Assembly: GCF_001194135.2 (NCBI RefSeq)
Contig: NC_068987.1
Span: forward strand, 29,074,121 to 29,119,720
DNA from: Octopus bimaculoides
Taxonomy: Eukaryota
Reading direction: 5' to 3'
Length of the DNA: 45,600 bases
Shown here: one piece after another, positions 1-11,236 of the stretch
Numbering within the stretch: position 1 is the stretch's first letter
Layout of the letters: each line of letters starts with the position of its first letter
Notes under the pieces: model-generated
Told to the model about the DNA's origin: nothing
The model's database searches: none
What the model saw: only the letters and a program-made list of their open reading frames with translations
Translations under genes and position numbers: made by a program

Positions 1-507
1 CCTTAAATACTGAAAACAGTTTTTTGTTTTGCTCATGTTTTGTGGCTATTTGTATTAGTTTTCCTTGCTTCTGGTGTAGGTATGTTTGCAGTCCTATGGT
101 GGTTATTTTATAATAGTTTTCCAGCTGTATAAGACCCCTGCCACCTTCTGTGAGTTGTATATATATATCCTTTCTATGTCAGATTTTGGGTGGTGCATCC
201 TATATCCTGTCATTATTTTTCTTGTTTTCCTGTCTATTTTAGATAGTTCGTTTAGTGTCCAGTTAAGGATGTTGTAGCTGTAACTTATAACTGGGACAGC
301 TAAAGTGTTAATGCCTATTATCTTGTTTTTAGCATTGAGCTCTGTTTTTAGTATTGATCTAACTATTCTATAGTACTCTTTCTTTATTTTTTTCTTTCAT
401 TTGTGTGTGTTGTATCCTATCTAGTTCATTGACTCCTAAATATTTGTATGGCTGGCTTTCATCTAGTTCTCTTATTTCATTGGCTATATCTAGTGTGATG
501 TTGCTAC

Positions 508-509
<2 letters not shown>
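1..509 (-). mobile_element. R4/Dong-clade non-LTR retrotransposon, 5'-truncated fragment (end of RT and thumb), continues past window start
   Basis: Minus-strand translation gives ...IRELDESQPYKYLGVNELDRIQHTQMKEK, a frameshift in an A-run, then IKKEYYRIVRSILKTELNAKNKIIGINTLAVPVISYSYNILNWTLNELSKIDRKTRKIMTGYRMHHPKSDIERIYIQLTEGGRGLIQL. The YKYLG and HPKSD-x-R-x-Y...GGRGL motifs are typical of R4/Dong RT C-termini. The 5' break abuts (TAA)n. Confidence 0.9.

Positions 510-580
<71 letters not shown>
510..580. repeat. (ATT)n microsatellite
   Basis: Directly visible perfect trinucleotide run. Confidence 0.98.
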
Positions 581-581
<1 letters not shown>

Positions 582-582
<1 letters not shown>

Positions 583-1245
583 GGCAGTGAGCTGACAGAA
601 TTGTTAGCACGCCGGGCGCGAAATGGTTAGCAGTATTTCATCTACTGCTACGTTTTGAGTTCAAATTCCAATAAGATCGCCTTTGCCTTTCATCCTCTTC
701 GGGGTCGATTAAATAATTACCAGTTACAGACTGAGGACGATGTAATCGAATTAATCTCCTGCCCCAAGCTGCTCTTGTGCCAAAAATTTGAAATTATCAT
801 CATTATTATCATTATTACTATAATAATTATGATTGTTATCAAGGCAGCGATCTTCCAGAATCGTTAGTACACCGGGTGAAATGCTTTGTTGTATTTAGCT
901 CGTCACTACGTTCTGAGTTTCAGGGCTCGATAAAATAAGTACCAATGAAACACTGGGGTCGATGTAATCGAGTAGTCCTCCCCACAAAAACTTTCAGGCC
1001 TTGTGGCTATAGCAGGAATGGTTATTATTATCATTGTATGGAGGTGAGCTTGCAGAATCGTTAGCACGCGGGGTAAAAATTTCACAGCATTTCATCCCAC
1101 TTAACGTTCTGATTTCAAATTCCACCGAGGTCGACTTTGCCTTTCCTCCTCACGGGGTCGATAAATTCAGTACTAGTGAAACACTGAACGATCACATCAA
1201 CTAGTTCCCTCCTGCTAAATTCCAGGCCTTGTGCCCATAGCAGAC
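582..1245 (+). mobile_element. Three head-to-tail copies of a tRNA-derived SINE (about 582-775, 842-1020, 1040-1245)
   Basis: Each copy has GGCxGxGAGCTxxCAGAATxGTTAG, a B-box-like GAGTTCAAATTCC, TTTGCCTTTCxTCCT and GGGGTCGAT. The copies are separated by ATT-rich spacers. Confidence 0.85.
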
Positions 1246-2356
1246 AGGACTAGTAATAGTATTACTAGTAGTAGTAGTAGTAATGTTAGTGGTGGTCTTG
1301 GTGGTGTTGATAGTGGTAACTATAGAATAAATTATCATTATAGAAAAACACCGCTCATATTTTCATACACACCAACGAAACGCATAGCTCATCAGAGCAG
1401 GAACATAGAAGTGTTGGTGTAATTTTGTGAAAGACATATTCCGTGGTGTTGTACTGATTCTATCAAATCTTAAGCGAATATTTCTGACATATATCAAATG
1501 TAATATTCTTCTTCAACACACACACACACACACAAACATAAGAACAAACTCACACACGCATAAGCAAATATCTCTCGTAACACAGGAGCCACAAGACGCT
1601 ACTATTGAAAATGTTTATGAATGGTTTGCTGCTTTTTCCTTTCAAAAATTTGTATATTTGTATCCGTGCACCAAAATAAATGCCAGTTACATTGATTAAA
1701 ATTTTAGAATAATATAGTTTGCCCTAGCTTTAAAAAAAACTGTACCCAGAATTAATTATCATTCCTGAGAAAATCAACCATATGCCTAGCGTCATAGCTT
1801 TTCCAGATATTCAAGGACTATCTAAAATGTGGCTCGTTCTATGAAATTCTATTTGAATTGGGAGGAAGTTTCACGAGAAGCAAAAACGCTATAAATGTTA
1901 TAATGGTGATAATTCTTAAAACGCACGTAATAAATTCTATATTCATCTTAAACACACACAACTTACCGAAAACACCCAATTAATAATCGATTTTCGAAAT
2001 GAATACTGCTTTTAATTATTCATCTTGATTAATATCAAGATTTGAGAGATAATTATAGTAATCTTTGAATACATATGTGTAGGTGTGTGGATGTGTGTAT
2101 TCATACGTACATAGATATATGTATATATGTGCATATATATANNNNNNNNNNNNNNNNNNNNNNNNNNNNNNNNNNNNNNNNNNNNNNNNNNNNNNNNNNN
2201 NNNNNNNNNNNNNNNNNNNNNNNNNNNNNNNNNNNNNNNNNNNNNNNNNNNNNNNNNNNNNNNNNNNNNNNNNNNNNNNNNNNNNNNNNNNNNNNNNNNN
2301 NNNNNNNNNNNNNNNNNNNNNNNNNNNNNNNNNNNNNNNNNNNNNNNNNNNNNNNN

Positions 2357-2393
<37 letters not shown>

Positions 2394-3566
2394 CATATAT
2401 ATATATATGCACAGGCACACAAACACATACATAGGTATATGTATTATGAATATAGTTCTATATACGTGTGTATGTGTATGTCTATGTATGTATGTATGTG
2501 TGTATTTATAATCATTAAGTGACACGTAAAGTTAGATTTTCATTACACTTAGATGATTTCTCTTAGTTCGTATTACTGAATCTAATTGTCGAGAGGAATT
2601 GTCAAATTTCGGTCACTATTGTATTTAGCCCATTCATGAATTAATATTTGAAATGTTTTATTTCTTCTAGCTTCATAAAACTGGTTACAACGTCTTCAAA
2701 CTTTGAATTTAAATGTATTACATGTTACATATGTTGTATTTGAATTTCATAGCGAATCTGTATATTTTTGATATCAATTGAAAATATGTATAATTGCGTT
2801 TAATTTATATTTATCATGCCAGTATGAGAGTATGACAGATTTGAGTAGAGTTTTAATTGAGTTATTTCATACGAAAATTTATTTATACTTAAATAATTAA
2901 TGTAATTTTCTTCGGAATTTACTAATAGAATACAAACTATACAATTCAGATATTCGAAGATAAATATCATTTAAAAAATTGGAAGCTATTTAAAATAATG
3001 TCAATATCATCTCATTGAAGGGAAGTGGTTGAATGGCTAAAGCGGCAAAATGGCCGATTAATAACAAACATTGACACCAATATAAAATGAGCAGCGGAAA
3101 ATAAGCTAAATAAATCAATTAGCTCCCCTTTTATCTGAGAAGCCCTACAAATTGCTGCCAATCTTTTATTTTCGTTTTCCAACTAAGAGTCAAGTTTCAA
3201 AGAACTTTGATGTGTTCAGCATTCATTAAATCATATTTCAACTTAACTATCGAAATTCATGCTAGTAACCTTCTTCAGCTAGTTCCCCGAGCTCACCTCG
3301 TAATTAATCTTTTAAACTATGTTCATTAACAATCATTTGTAACACGCTTTCTATATATACAAACATGTCAACTTGTCTCCATGCCTCCTTAAACTAGAAT
3401 ATATTGATACGGACTTATAAGCCAAAACATGTCCTTAATTCTCCCTTGTGCAGAATTAGAGATCAACATTTTTTTCTACCACATAAATTAACATTGAGTG
3501 GTTAATTATTATTAATTTTTTGCCAAATAAACACATGCACTATATAGTCGTTCATCACGTTAGTTC

Positions 3567-3855
3567 TATTATTATTGTTATTTTAGTGTCTTTGTCTGAA
3601 ATCTTTCGTCACATATCCTACGTGGACGAGAGAATGGACTAAACAGGACAAGAGCAGATACATGGGATGGAGAGCCGCTGAAGAGGACAAAGGATGTGTG
3701 ACGAAAGATTTCATTGACGCGACGCTAAAATGGGGATAATAATAAAGCTGAAATGAACTACGAGTGTATAGTGCCCGTATTTATTTGGCTAAAGGTGACA
3801 GTCCCGAAATATAACTATATCTGCTTCAACGCATGATTTGACATCAGGAACCTTG
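3567..3855 (+). mobile_element. Penelope-like terminal segment with an inverted repeat and a degenerate hammerhead-like core
   Basis: 3581-3619 is the near reverse complement of 3691-3730. CTGAAGAGGACA...TGTGACGAAA lies at 3678-3706. 3743-3855 is homologous to 14562-14686 (TAAAGCTGAA...TATAGTGC...TTGGCTAA...ATATCTGCTTCAAC.CATGATTT.ACATCA.GAA.CTTG), which follows a Penelope RT. Confidence 0.6.
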
Positions 3856-5194
3856 CAAAGCAAATACGTCTTAATACTATTTCTCTTTTTCTCAAGAACC
3901 GCTAAATAATGACTCTAGGAATTTGCATATTGTTTTCTCTTACCACAGGGAAAAGATTTTTTTTTTTTTTTTGCATACTGAATTCAGCATAACACCGATT
4001 TATTTAATTATACCAAAAATATTATTCAATACACAAAATATGATTTTTAGTTATATTCCTTCGTGAGTTCAAATTGCTCAACGTTTCACGCTTTAAATCA
4101 ATCTGAGCACAACCCCATCTTATATTTCAGTAGGGAACGATAAAATAAAATTTAAGAGGTCACTTTCTAACATAAACATGCTTCTATGTAATTCAGCCTT
4201 AACAAATCAGTAATGAGATCATACCACACCCAGGAAAAATCATTATAATTATAAAATTTCAAAGTTTTCCCTTCACTTTCTCGGTGATGTGAGTGCTTAC
4301 TGATGGATAACTTCGGTGCATTTGTCGCCTTATGGAATTTTGCTCTGAGGCGGAATAATGCAAGATACACTGAATTGTTATTCTCTTTTTATATTTTCAG
4401 TATGATTGAATATGTTGTTTCACTTAAACCTCACAAGGTCACACCAATGACAAAGTTGGATTCATATACACATGAACTATGTTAGATTGTCAGTGAATCA
4501 GACTACTTTAGCTCACCTAACAAATAAGTATGTCACTTGGCTATTACACTTCATATACATACATAGTACTTGTGTAATCATATATANNNNNNNNNNNNNN
4601 NNNNNNNNNNNNNNNNNNNNNNNNNNNNNNNNNNNNNNNNNNNNNNNNNNNNNNNNNNNNNNNNNNNNNNNNNNNNNNNNNNNNNNNNNNNNNNNNNNNN
4701 NNNNNNNNNNNNNNNNNNNNNNNNNNNNNNNNNNNNNNNNNNNNNNNNNNNNNNNNNNNNNNNNNNNNNNNNNNNNNNNNNNNNNNNNNNNNNNNNNNNN
4801 NNNNNNNNNNNNNNNNNNNNNNNNNNNNNNNNNNNNNNNNNNNNNNNNNNNNNNNNNNNNNNNNNNNNNNNNNNNNNNNNNNNTATATTATATTATATAT
4901 GAACATACAACAATGTGACATTTGACATTTATGCCAAGCATATGTTTGCTTGATAAGGAATGACTTTGGGTTAAGGAATAACAACTACAATTACATATTC
5001 CAATGTTCTAGCCAATTCTTAATACTTGAAGAATATGCAACACAAAGTATATCAAGTAAGTTGTACATTTCTGATTTTGAATTCTAGTCTTTATATGAAT
5101 CTCCAACAGTGAAAAGTGTCCTACATGTTCATCATTTAAATTATTGGCAGAAATCCTTTTCTCAAAGTATCGAACACTTTCAGTGTATTATCAA

Positions 5195-5365
5195 CTTGAT
5201 GTAATCGTTGATTACGTTCAAAAGGCTGATTTTGAATTTTGTCTTTCCAGTGTCGGGCTCCAGCAAAAGGCGGTACTCCAGCAAAAAGCCGGTACTCCAG
5301 CACAAAAGATGGTGCTCCAGCATGGCCACAGTCAAAATGACTGAAACAAGTAAAACAATAAAAGA
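5195..5365 (+). mobile_element. SINE 3' part
   Basis: GATGTAATCG and GGTGCTCCAGCATGGCCACAGTCAAAATGACTGAAACAAGTAAAA match the tail of the full SINE at 28174-28581. Confidence 0.8.
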
Positions 5366-5702
5366 ATAAAATAATATATATAGGTCTATGCGTATGCGCG
5401 CGCGTGCGCGTGTGTGTGTGTGTACTGGTATTGATGTAGTGACATTTGAGATTTTATCCAGGTAAATCTAGCCGATGAGAACTAATCAAATTTACGTTGA
5501 CAAACGTAATTTGGATATTTCGAAGCCTAGGTCCTAGATTATGCACATCTGGATTGTACATTTATTTATTTAATGTTCTTCCTACAGTTAAGATGAAATT
5601 TCTATGCTCTCCGGCCGCTAAAATTTTGCCAGTATATATACACAGTCGAGCTTTACTATAGCGTCGTATATTATCAACTGCTATTTCCAGTAAATATAGG
5701 TT

Positions 5703-5736
<34 letters not shown>

Positions 5737-6684
5737 NNNNNNNNNNNNNNNNNNNNNNNNNNNNNNNNNNNNNNNNNNNNNNNNNNNNNNNNNNNNNNNN
5801 NNNNNNNNNNNNNNNNNNNNNNNNNNNNNNNNNNNNNNNAAAACAGAGGACATGTAAACACAGAGAAACGACCCTGCATCAGTTGTCGGCTGTCTATCTA
5901 CTCTTCTTTTCGAGCATTCAATCACAATATAAGTCTTCAAAGACAGTTGCTCCCATAAATTCTAAAATAAAATTTAGGATTCATAGAGTCTGAACGTTCG
6001 GAACAAAAACAGGACAGTAAAGACATACAATGAAACCGAACGATAATAAACATGCAGGGTCGTTAGACCAGAAGGAGAGAGAAATGGTGAATGCTGGGAG
6101 AAATATATTCTTTGAAAACAGAAAAGACAGAACGGAGTGAAAAAAACTTCTAGTTCCTTGAACGTCCATGCATAAAAGAAAGATGGTTACGTCAGGTAAA
6201 GAACGATGGACGATGGTCACGTTTGAGCAACGAGAGAAAGAAAAAAGAGAAAGAGGGGACTGACAAAAAAATTAAAAAAAGTTACTCCTTATTAATGTTT
6301 GTATAATCGCTACTTTTCCATAACTATCTTTCAAACTCATTGACTTCCAATAATGGATCTTTATTACAATTCTTTTATACAAAACTTAAAACGAATTTTG
6401 GCACTAGATTAGAAGTTATAAGTACCTACTAATTGTAACATGCGTTGTATTGAATGAAACATTTAAACATATCTTTCAGTATCTCTATTTTCAATATTCT
6501 ATGATATCATATAAAATCTTCAAAAGCTAAGGTGACTATTAACAAGTATAATCATTAACAGTATATCTATACAAAATTTTAACTTTGACACAAATCAATG
6601 ACATTTAAGGTAGAGTAAAATCCAGTAAATCTACTACAGCTATTAAATAAGATGGAATTGTTACTCTATTAAGCGCAGGTATAT

Positions 6685-6870
6685 AGCGGCGAGTTGGCAG
6701 AGTTGTTAGTTCGCCGGACTGAGTGCTTAGCAGCATTTCGTGTCATCACATTCTGAGTTCAAATTCCACCGGAGCCTTTCATCATTTCGGATTCGATAAA
6801 ATATGTACCAGTTGGGTACTGAGGTGAATGCAATCGACAATCCCCCAATTCTCAGGCCTTATTCCTATTG
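6685..6870 (+). mobile_element. tRNA-derived SINE (same family as 582-1245)
   Basis: GCGGCGAGTTGGCAGAGTTGTTAG...CTGAGTTCAAATTCCACCG...CAGGCCTT. Confidence 0.85.
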
Positions 6871-6889
6871 TAGAAAGTATAATAGTCGC

Positions 6890-7070
6890 GCTCGCGTGGC
6901 AGCGTGGAAAGAAGCTTCCTTCCCAACCACACGGCTCCGGGTTCTGTCCCTCTGCGCGATACTTCTAACTATATATATATATGTATAGTCAATAAAACAA
7001 ATATCAGAGTAGCACACCCCAAAGTGAAGAGCAGTAATTATTACAATAAAAACTTAGATTTTTGTTCTAA

Positions 7071-7116
<46 letters not shown>

Positions 7117-7320
7117 TGTCTGCGTGTGCGTGTGTGCATGTGTGTGTGCGCGTGTGTGTGTGTGTGTGTGTGCGTGTGTGTGTCCCACCACCGCTTGACA
7201 ACCGTTGTTGGTGCTTTTGCAAAAAAATAAGTACTGGGGTCGATTTATTCAACCAAAAATACTTCTAAGCGGTGCCCCAGAATGACCTCAGGCTAATGAC
7301 TGAAACAAGTAAACGATAAC
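6890..7320 (+). mobile_element. Interrupted SINE of the 28174 family (head 6890-6960, (GT)n centre, tail 7185-7320)
   Basis: Head GTGGCAGCGTGGAAAGAAGCTTCCTTCCCAACCACACGGCTCCGGGTTC; tail CGCTTGACAACCG...GGGGTCGATTT...ATGACTGAAACAAGTAAA. Confidence 0.75.
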
Positions 7321-7559
7321 AGATACCGCTAAATCCCATGGGACGTGTTTTAGTTCCTGAGTCTCAGAGAAAAATTTAGAACCTGTGATTCTCAACCACC
7401 CTCTGTGACTAGTGAGGTTGGTGTCGTTTACATACAGTATAATACCTGCAAATAGGCATAACCAGCAAGGAGATTCTAAAAGGACATTGTTCTAGTCATG
7501 CAGTATCAGGTATAGTGGTTAGTGTGGGATAAGCGGAACTGTAAACAGTAAGGTTGCGA

Positions 7560-8250
7560 ATAAGTAACTAAACAAGTTTATCAGATTACTTGACTGGTAG
7601 AGGTGCACCATCAATCAGTTTGGAAGCGCTGGTGCCGCTATCGTAGATAGAGAATTGACAGAGATGGGATACAAGCCTGACTGTACCCATTGACGATATA
7701 CTGCCTATTAACTGGTTGATACTTTTCTGGAAACGATAGCGTTAGCTGCAGTACCAATCGAGATGATGGAGCTTTACTGTATTGTGGGTTAACTTGATAC
7801 TTGTCGAGTGTCAGCAGCTGTTGGGAGCTGAAATATCGTTTGAAACTCTAGTGAATAGGCAGTCCTTGTAATACATTCCTAGATATGGTAAGCGCGCATG
7901 TTATCAAGGAAGGACTTTCTTATAATGAGACCTAATATTTGGTTCGACTACGGGATTTCTGAGTACCATTTAGTTTGAGAGTAGTGTAGTGCGTTGGCGT
8001 TTTGCTGTTTCAAGTAACGCTTATTTGCTCTTATTACTAACAGACAAGCTACGTATAACCTACTGGAGGATGCGCTCAAGGGCACAGTTTGTGGAATTAT
8101 TGTAAGTTTAGTGAAGTGCGTCTCAGTTGTGAGTGAATGATGAATAGTTATAGAAGTTAGGGAGCAACGAAGGGTTGTGTCATCTACATAAGGAGGTGCG
8201 CTGGTGGTTGTGATGGCAAATAGGTTATCCATGTATAGGAGGAAGTTAGT
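7560..8250 (-). mobile_element. Decayed CR1/L2-group LINE reverse transcriptase fragment
   Basis: Minus strand reads NFLLYMDNLFAITTTSAPPYVDDTTL (YADD-like; TATGTAGATGAC at 8190-8179), then QILGLII and KRYFSSQQLLTLDKYQVNPQ, resembling the LYKxQVRPxxEY thumb motif. Many stops and frameshifts. Confidence 0.65.
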
Positions 8251-8544
8251 AGTGTACAGAACGCTAAATCCTGGAAAACACTAGAAATGATTGAGACGGA
8301 AGCAGAAAGAGTTTACTCAACATGTGCTGCATTGATTCGATCTGATATGAAGCTATCGATCCGGGAGATAAGTGAATGCAGCCATAGGCGAAAAGAGTTG
8401 ATACAATGTATCCATGTTAGACGCGTTTGAAGAATTACTTGATGTGTAACAACTTTACTATTATAAGATATAGATTGGATTAAAAATGTAGCATGATGTA
8501 AAATATTGTTGAAATATTTTCCGTTGTGCAATTTCCTTTAGTCT

Positions 8545-8585
8545 AACGTATGGTAATAGTAATAAAAATAATAATGACGATGATG

Positions 8586-8646
<61 letters not shown>

Positions 8647-8692
8647 TAATAATAATAACAACAACAACGACAACAACAACAACAACAACAAC

Positions 8693-8763
<71 letters not shown>

Positions 8764-8764
8764 T
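8545..8764. repeat. Compound (TAA)n-(CAA)n-(TAA)n microsatellite
   Basis: Directly visible. Confidence 0.97.
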
Positions 8765-9300
8765 AAATAGTACTGAAGATGAGAAACCTAATGCAGAAAA
8801 AGCTAGAAAGTTCTGGAGAAATATTTGGGATTAGCCAGTCAATATTAAAGGAGATGCAATCGTAAAGAAAGTGAGGGAAGAAGTAGTTAGTGAGAAGCAG
8901 CCAGATTTAAAACTAACTAGTGCATTTATGAGTAAAAGCATTTGCGGGAATGCCAAATCGGAAGGGCCTAGGACCAGATTTAGTTCAATGCTATTGGTTA
9001 ATGAAATTTTGTAGCTTACATGGGAGACTGTGAGAACAACTTCAAGATTGCCTCAGTGGAGTAGGGATACCTTATAAGATGACGAGATGGACGAGAATAA
9101 TATGTATGAAAGACAACACTAAGGGCAATATTGACAGTGATAATAGATTAATCACGTGCCTACCATCAGTGTGGAAGCTGTTAACAAGAATGCTCTTTTA
9201 CGAACACGTTGACAGCCAGAATTTGCACAGTGAAAAGGCTGTGCACACTGAAAAGGGTGTAAGACGTGAGATGGGCTTCATGGAAATCAAGCTGCCCCAA
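8765..9300 (+). mobile_element. R4/Dong-clade fragment (pre-RT region and RT domains 0-2)
   Basis: EKPNAEKARKFWRNIWD; MPNRKGLGPDLVQCYWLMKFCSLHGRL (cf. NWKxPGPDxVxxxWLKxFxSLHxRL); KDNTKGNIDSDNRLITCLPSVWKLLT (cf. NYRPITCLPxxWKLLT). Starts right after (TAA)n. Confidence 0.85.
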
Positions 9301-9399
9301 ACTGTGATGGCCTGAGTGTGTCTCTAGTGAGGGTGGTGCCATGCCACCGTAAATCTTTGAAAGAGTCTTAGGATCAATTCAGAAGGCTATGTAAACTAG

Positions 9400-9600
9400 C
9401 TGTAGACTGTGGTGCATCACTGCCTAAAGATAGTAGATGCTGGAAAATTATATATGTGGCAGAAGGATTCGGTTCCGGGCTATATCTCCAAAATATGTCA
9501 GATGTGTTTGGAATTGAATTTCCACGACTTCACCAGCCCCGATTTCTGGTATACCAATTTCCCTGGTTGTAATCTCATGAAAAACAATGTGACCAGAATT
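9400..9600 (+). mobile_element. Tc1/mariner-superfamily transposase C-terminal remnant (maT/DD37D-like)
   Basis: WQKDSVPGYISKICQMCLELNFHDFTSPDFWYTNFPGCNLMKNNV resembles FQQDxAPAHxSKxxQxWLxxNxxxFxxxxxWPPxSPDLNPLDYxVW. Confidence 0.55.
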
Positions 9601-9806
9601 CGTGATGTCGGCATTTTGATATCGTCACAACAGAGGTAACTTTTGCCAAGGCTCCGAAAACGAACAGATTTCTATGCCACCTAGCTATTCCTTAACTACA
9701 CCATTACTGTTTATACACTCCTACGCTGTTGACTGCGCACCAATACATGAAGCAAGCTGTTCCAGCAAAAAAGAACACAAATTCATCAAACTGAGTCCGA
9801 GCATCG

Positions 9807-9838
<32 letters not shown>

Positions 9839-9899
9839 TGTATGTATGTATATGTGTTTGTATGTATGTATATATGTGGGTATGTATGTATGTGAAGGA

Positions 9900-10110
9900 A
9901 CGTAGCTTAATGTTTATGGAGATGCACAGGCGACCGGAAGAGCATGGTTTTGATTCTCTGCTTGGCCGTTGCGCTGATGAGCAAAAATGTTCATTTGACA
10001 TTCCCCGAGTCTATTCAGCTGTGAGCGGGTAACTCTGCGACAGACTAGCGTTCCTTTCAAGGGGAATATTGGCTTGTCCACTTAGCCACCTGAGCAGCAT
10101 CATTTGAAAG
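9900..10110 (+). mobile_element. Probable degenerate SINE
   Basis: tRNA-like head (GTAGCTTAATG...GGTTTTGATTCTC) followed by TATTCAGCTGTGAGCGGGTAA; flanked by microsatellites. Confidence 0.5.
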
Positions 10111-10170
10111 ACACAATACGTGCATTGTGACAAGCAATTTGCAACAACATCGGATATGTATATCAATGCA

Positions 10171-10226
<56 letters not shown>

Positions 10227-10289
10227 TGTATGCGCGTGCAAGTATATGTATGTGTGTCTTTATGCAAGTATATGTGTGTGTCTTTATGT

Positions 10290-10490
10290 CTGCGTTTGTC
10301 TCCCACAACCGTTTAAGAACCGATGTTGGTGTGCTTACGTCCTCGTGAGTTAGAGATTCGGCAAAAGACACCGATGGAATAAGTACCAGGCTTCAGAAAA
10401 AACTGAGGTCGATTCATTCGACTTACAATTCTCCAAGGTGGTGCCCCAGCATGGCCGCTTTCGAATGACTGAAACAAGTAAAAGATAATG
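10290..10490 (+). mobile_element. SINE tail (28174 family)
   Basis: TTCGGCAAAAGACACCGATGGAATAAGTACCAGGCTT...GGTGCCCCAGCATGGCCG...ATGACTGAAACAAGTAAAAGA. Confidence 0.85.
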
Positions 10491-11157
10491 ATATACATGT
10501 ACTTCAAGTATTAAAAAGAATTACTTACTGCCCTGGTAGAGATTTGTTATGCTGTTTTGTGGTCGAATCATCTTTTACTATTAGAGTTTCAGCTGTAGGC
10601 ACACTGAATCTCGAGGCGAGTCGTCAATGGAAAATATAAGGGCTATGCACATTTAGATATAATTATGACTTTTGAGTCATGTGTGTGATGTTGGGAAGAA
10701 AGTATGATAAGCGGGGGAAAGGAACAAAAATATCAGGGTGAAAGGAAGAGGGATAAGTAGGAAGAGGCGAAATAGAATGAAGGTAAGACAAGAAAGAACA
10801 GCGAAAGAAAGAGGTGTAGATAAGAAATAACGAAAATGTAGAGAATAGAAAAACAGGAAGAAATTGAAAAAGAATAAGGAAAGTAACGAAAAAGAAATAG
10901 ACACACACACACAGATATATAAATAGACAGATAGATAGATAGATATAACATATTTATATGCATACATACACACACGTTCATGCTTATATANNNNNNNNNN
11001 NNNNNNNNNNNNNNNNNNNNNNNNNNNNNNNNNNNNNNNNNNNNNNNNNNNNNNNNNNNNNNNNNNNNNNNNNNNNNNNNNNNNNNNNNNNNNNNNNNNN
11101 NNNNNNNNNNNNNNNNNNNNNNNNNNNNNNNNNNNNNNNNNNNNNNNNNNNNNNNNN

Positions 11158-11236
<79 letters not shown>

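Noticed and set aside
1355-1400. Minus-strand CTGATGA...GAAA
   Set aside because: No stem II adjacent to the core and no stems I or III.
4995-5062. Plus-strand 44-nt exon-like segment (QFLILEEYATQSIS, CAA|GTAAGT)
   Set aside because: No recognisable product and no compatible neighbours. Similar plus-strand candidates at ~5587, ~11385-11451, ~35959-36029, ~41396 and ~42247-42262 have stops, weak donors or no supporting evidence.
9973-9995. CTGATGAG in a SINE-like region
   Set aside because: No downstream GAAA with a closing stem.
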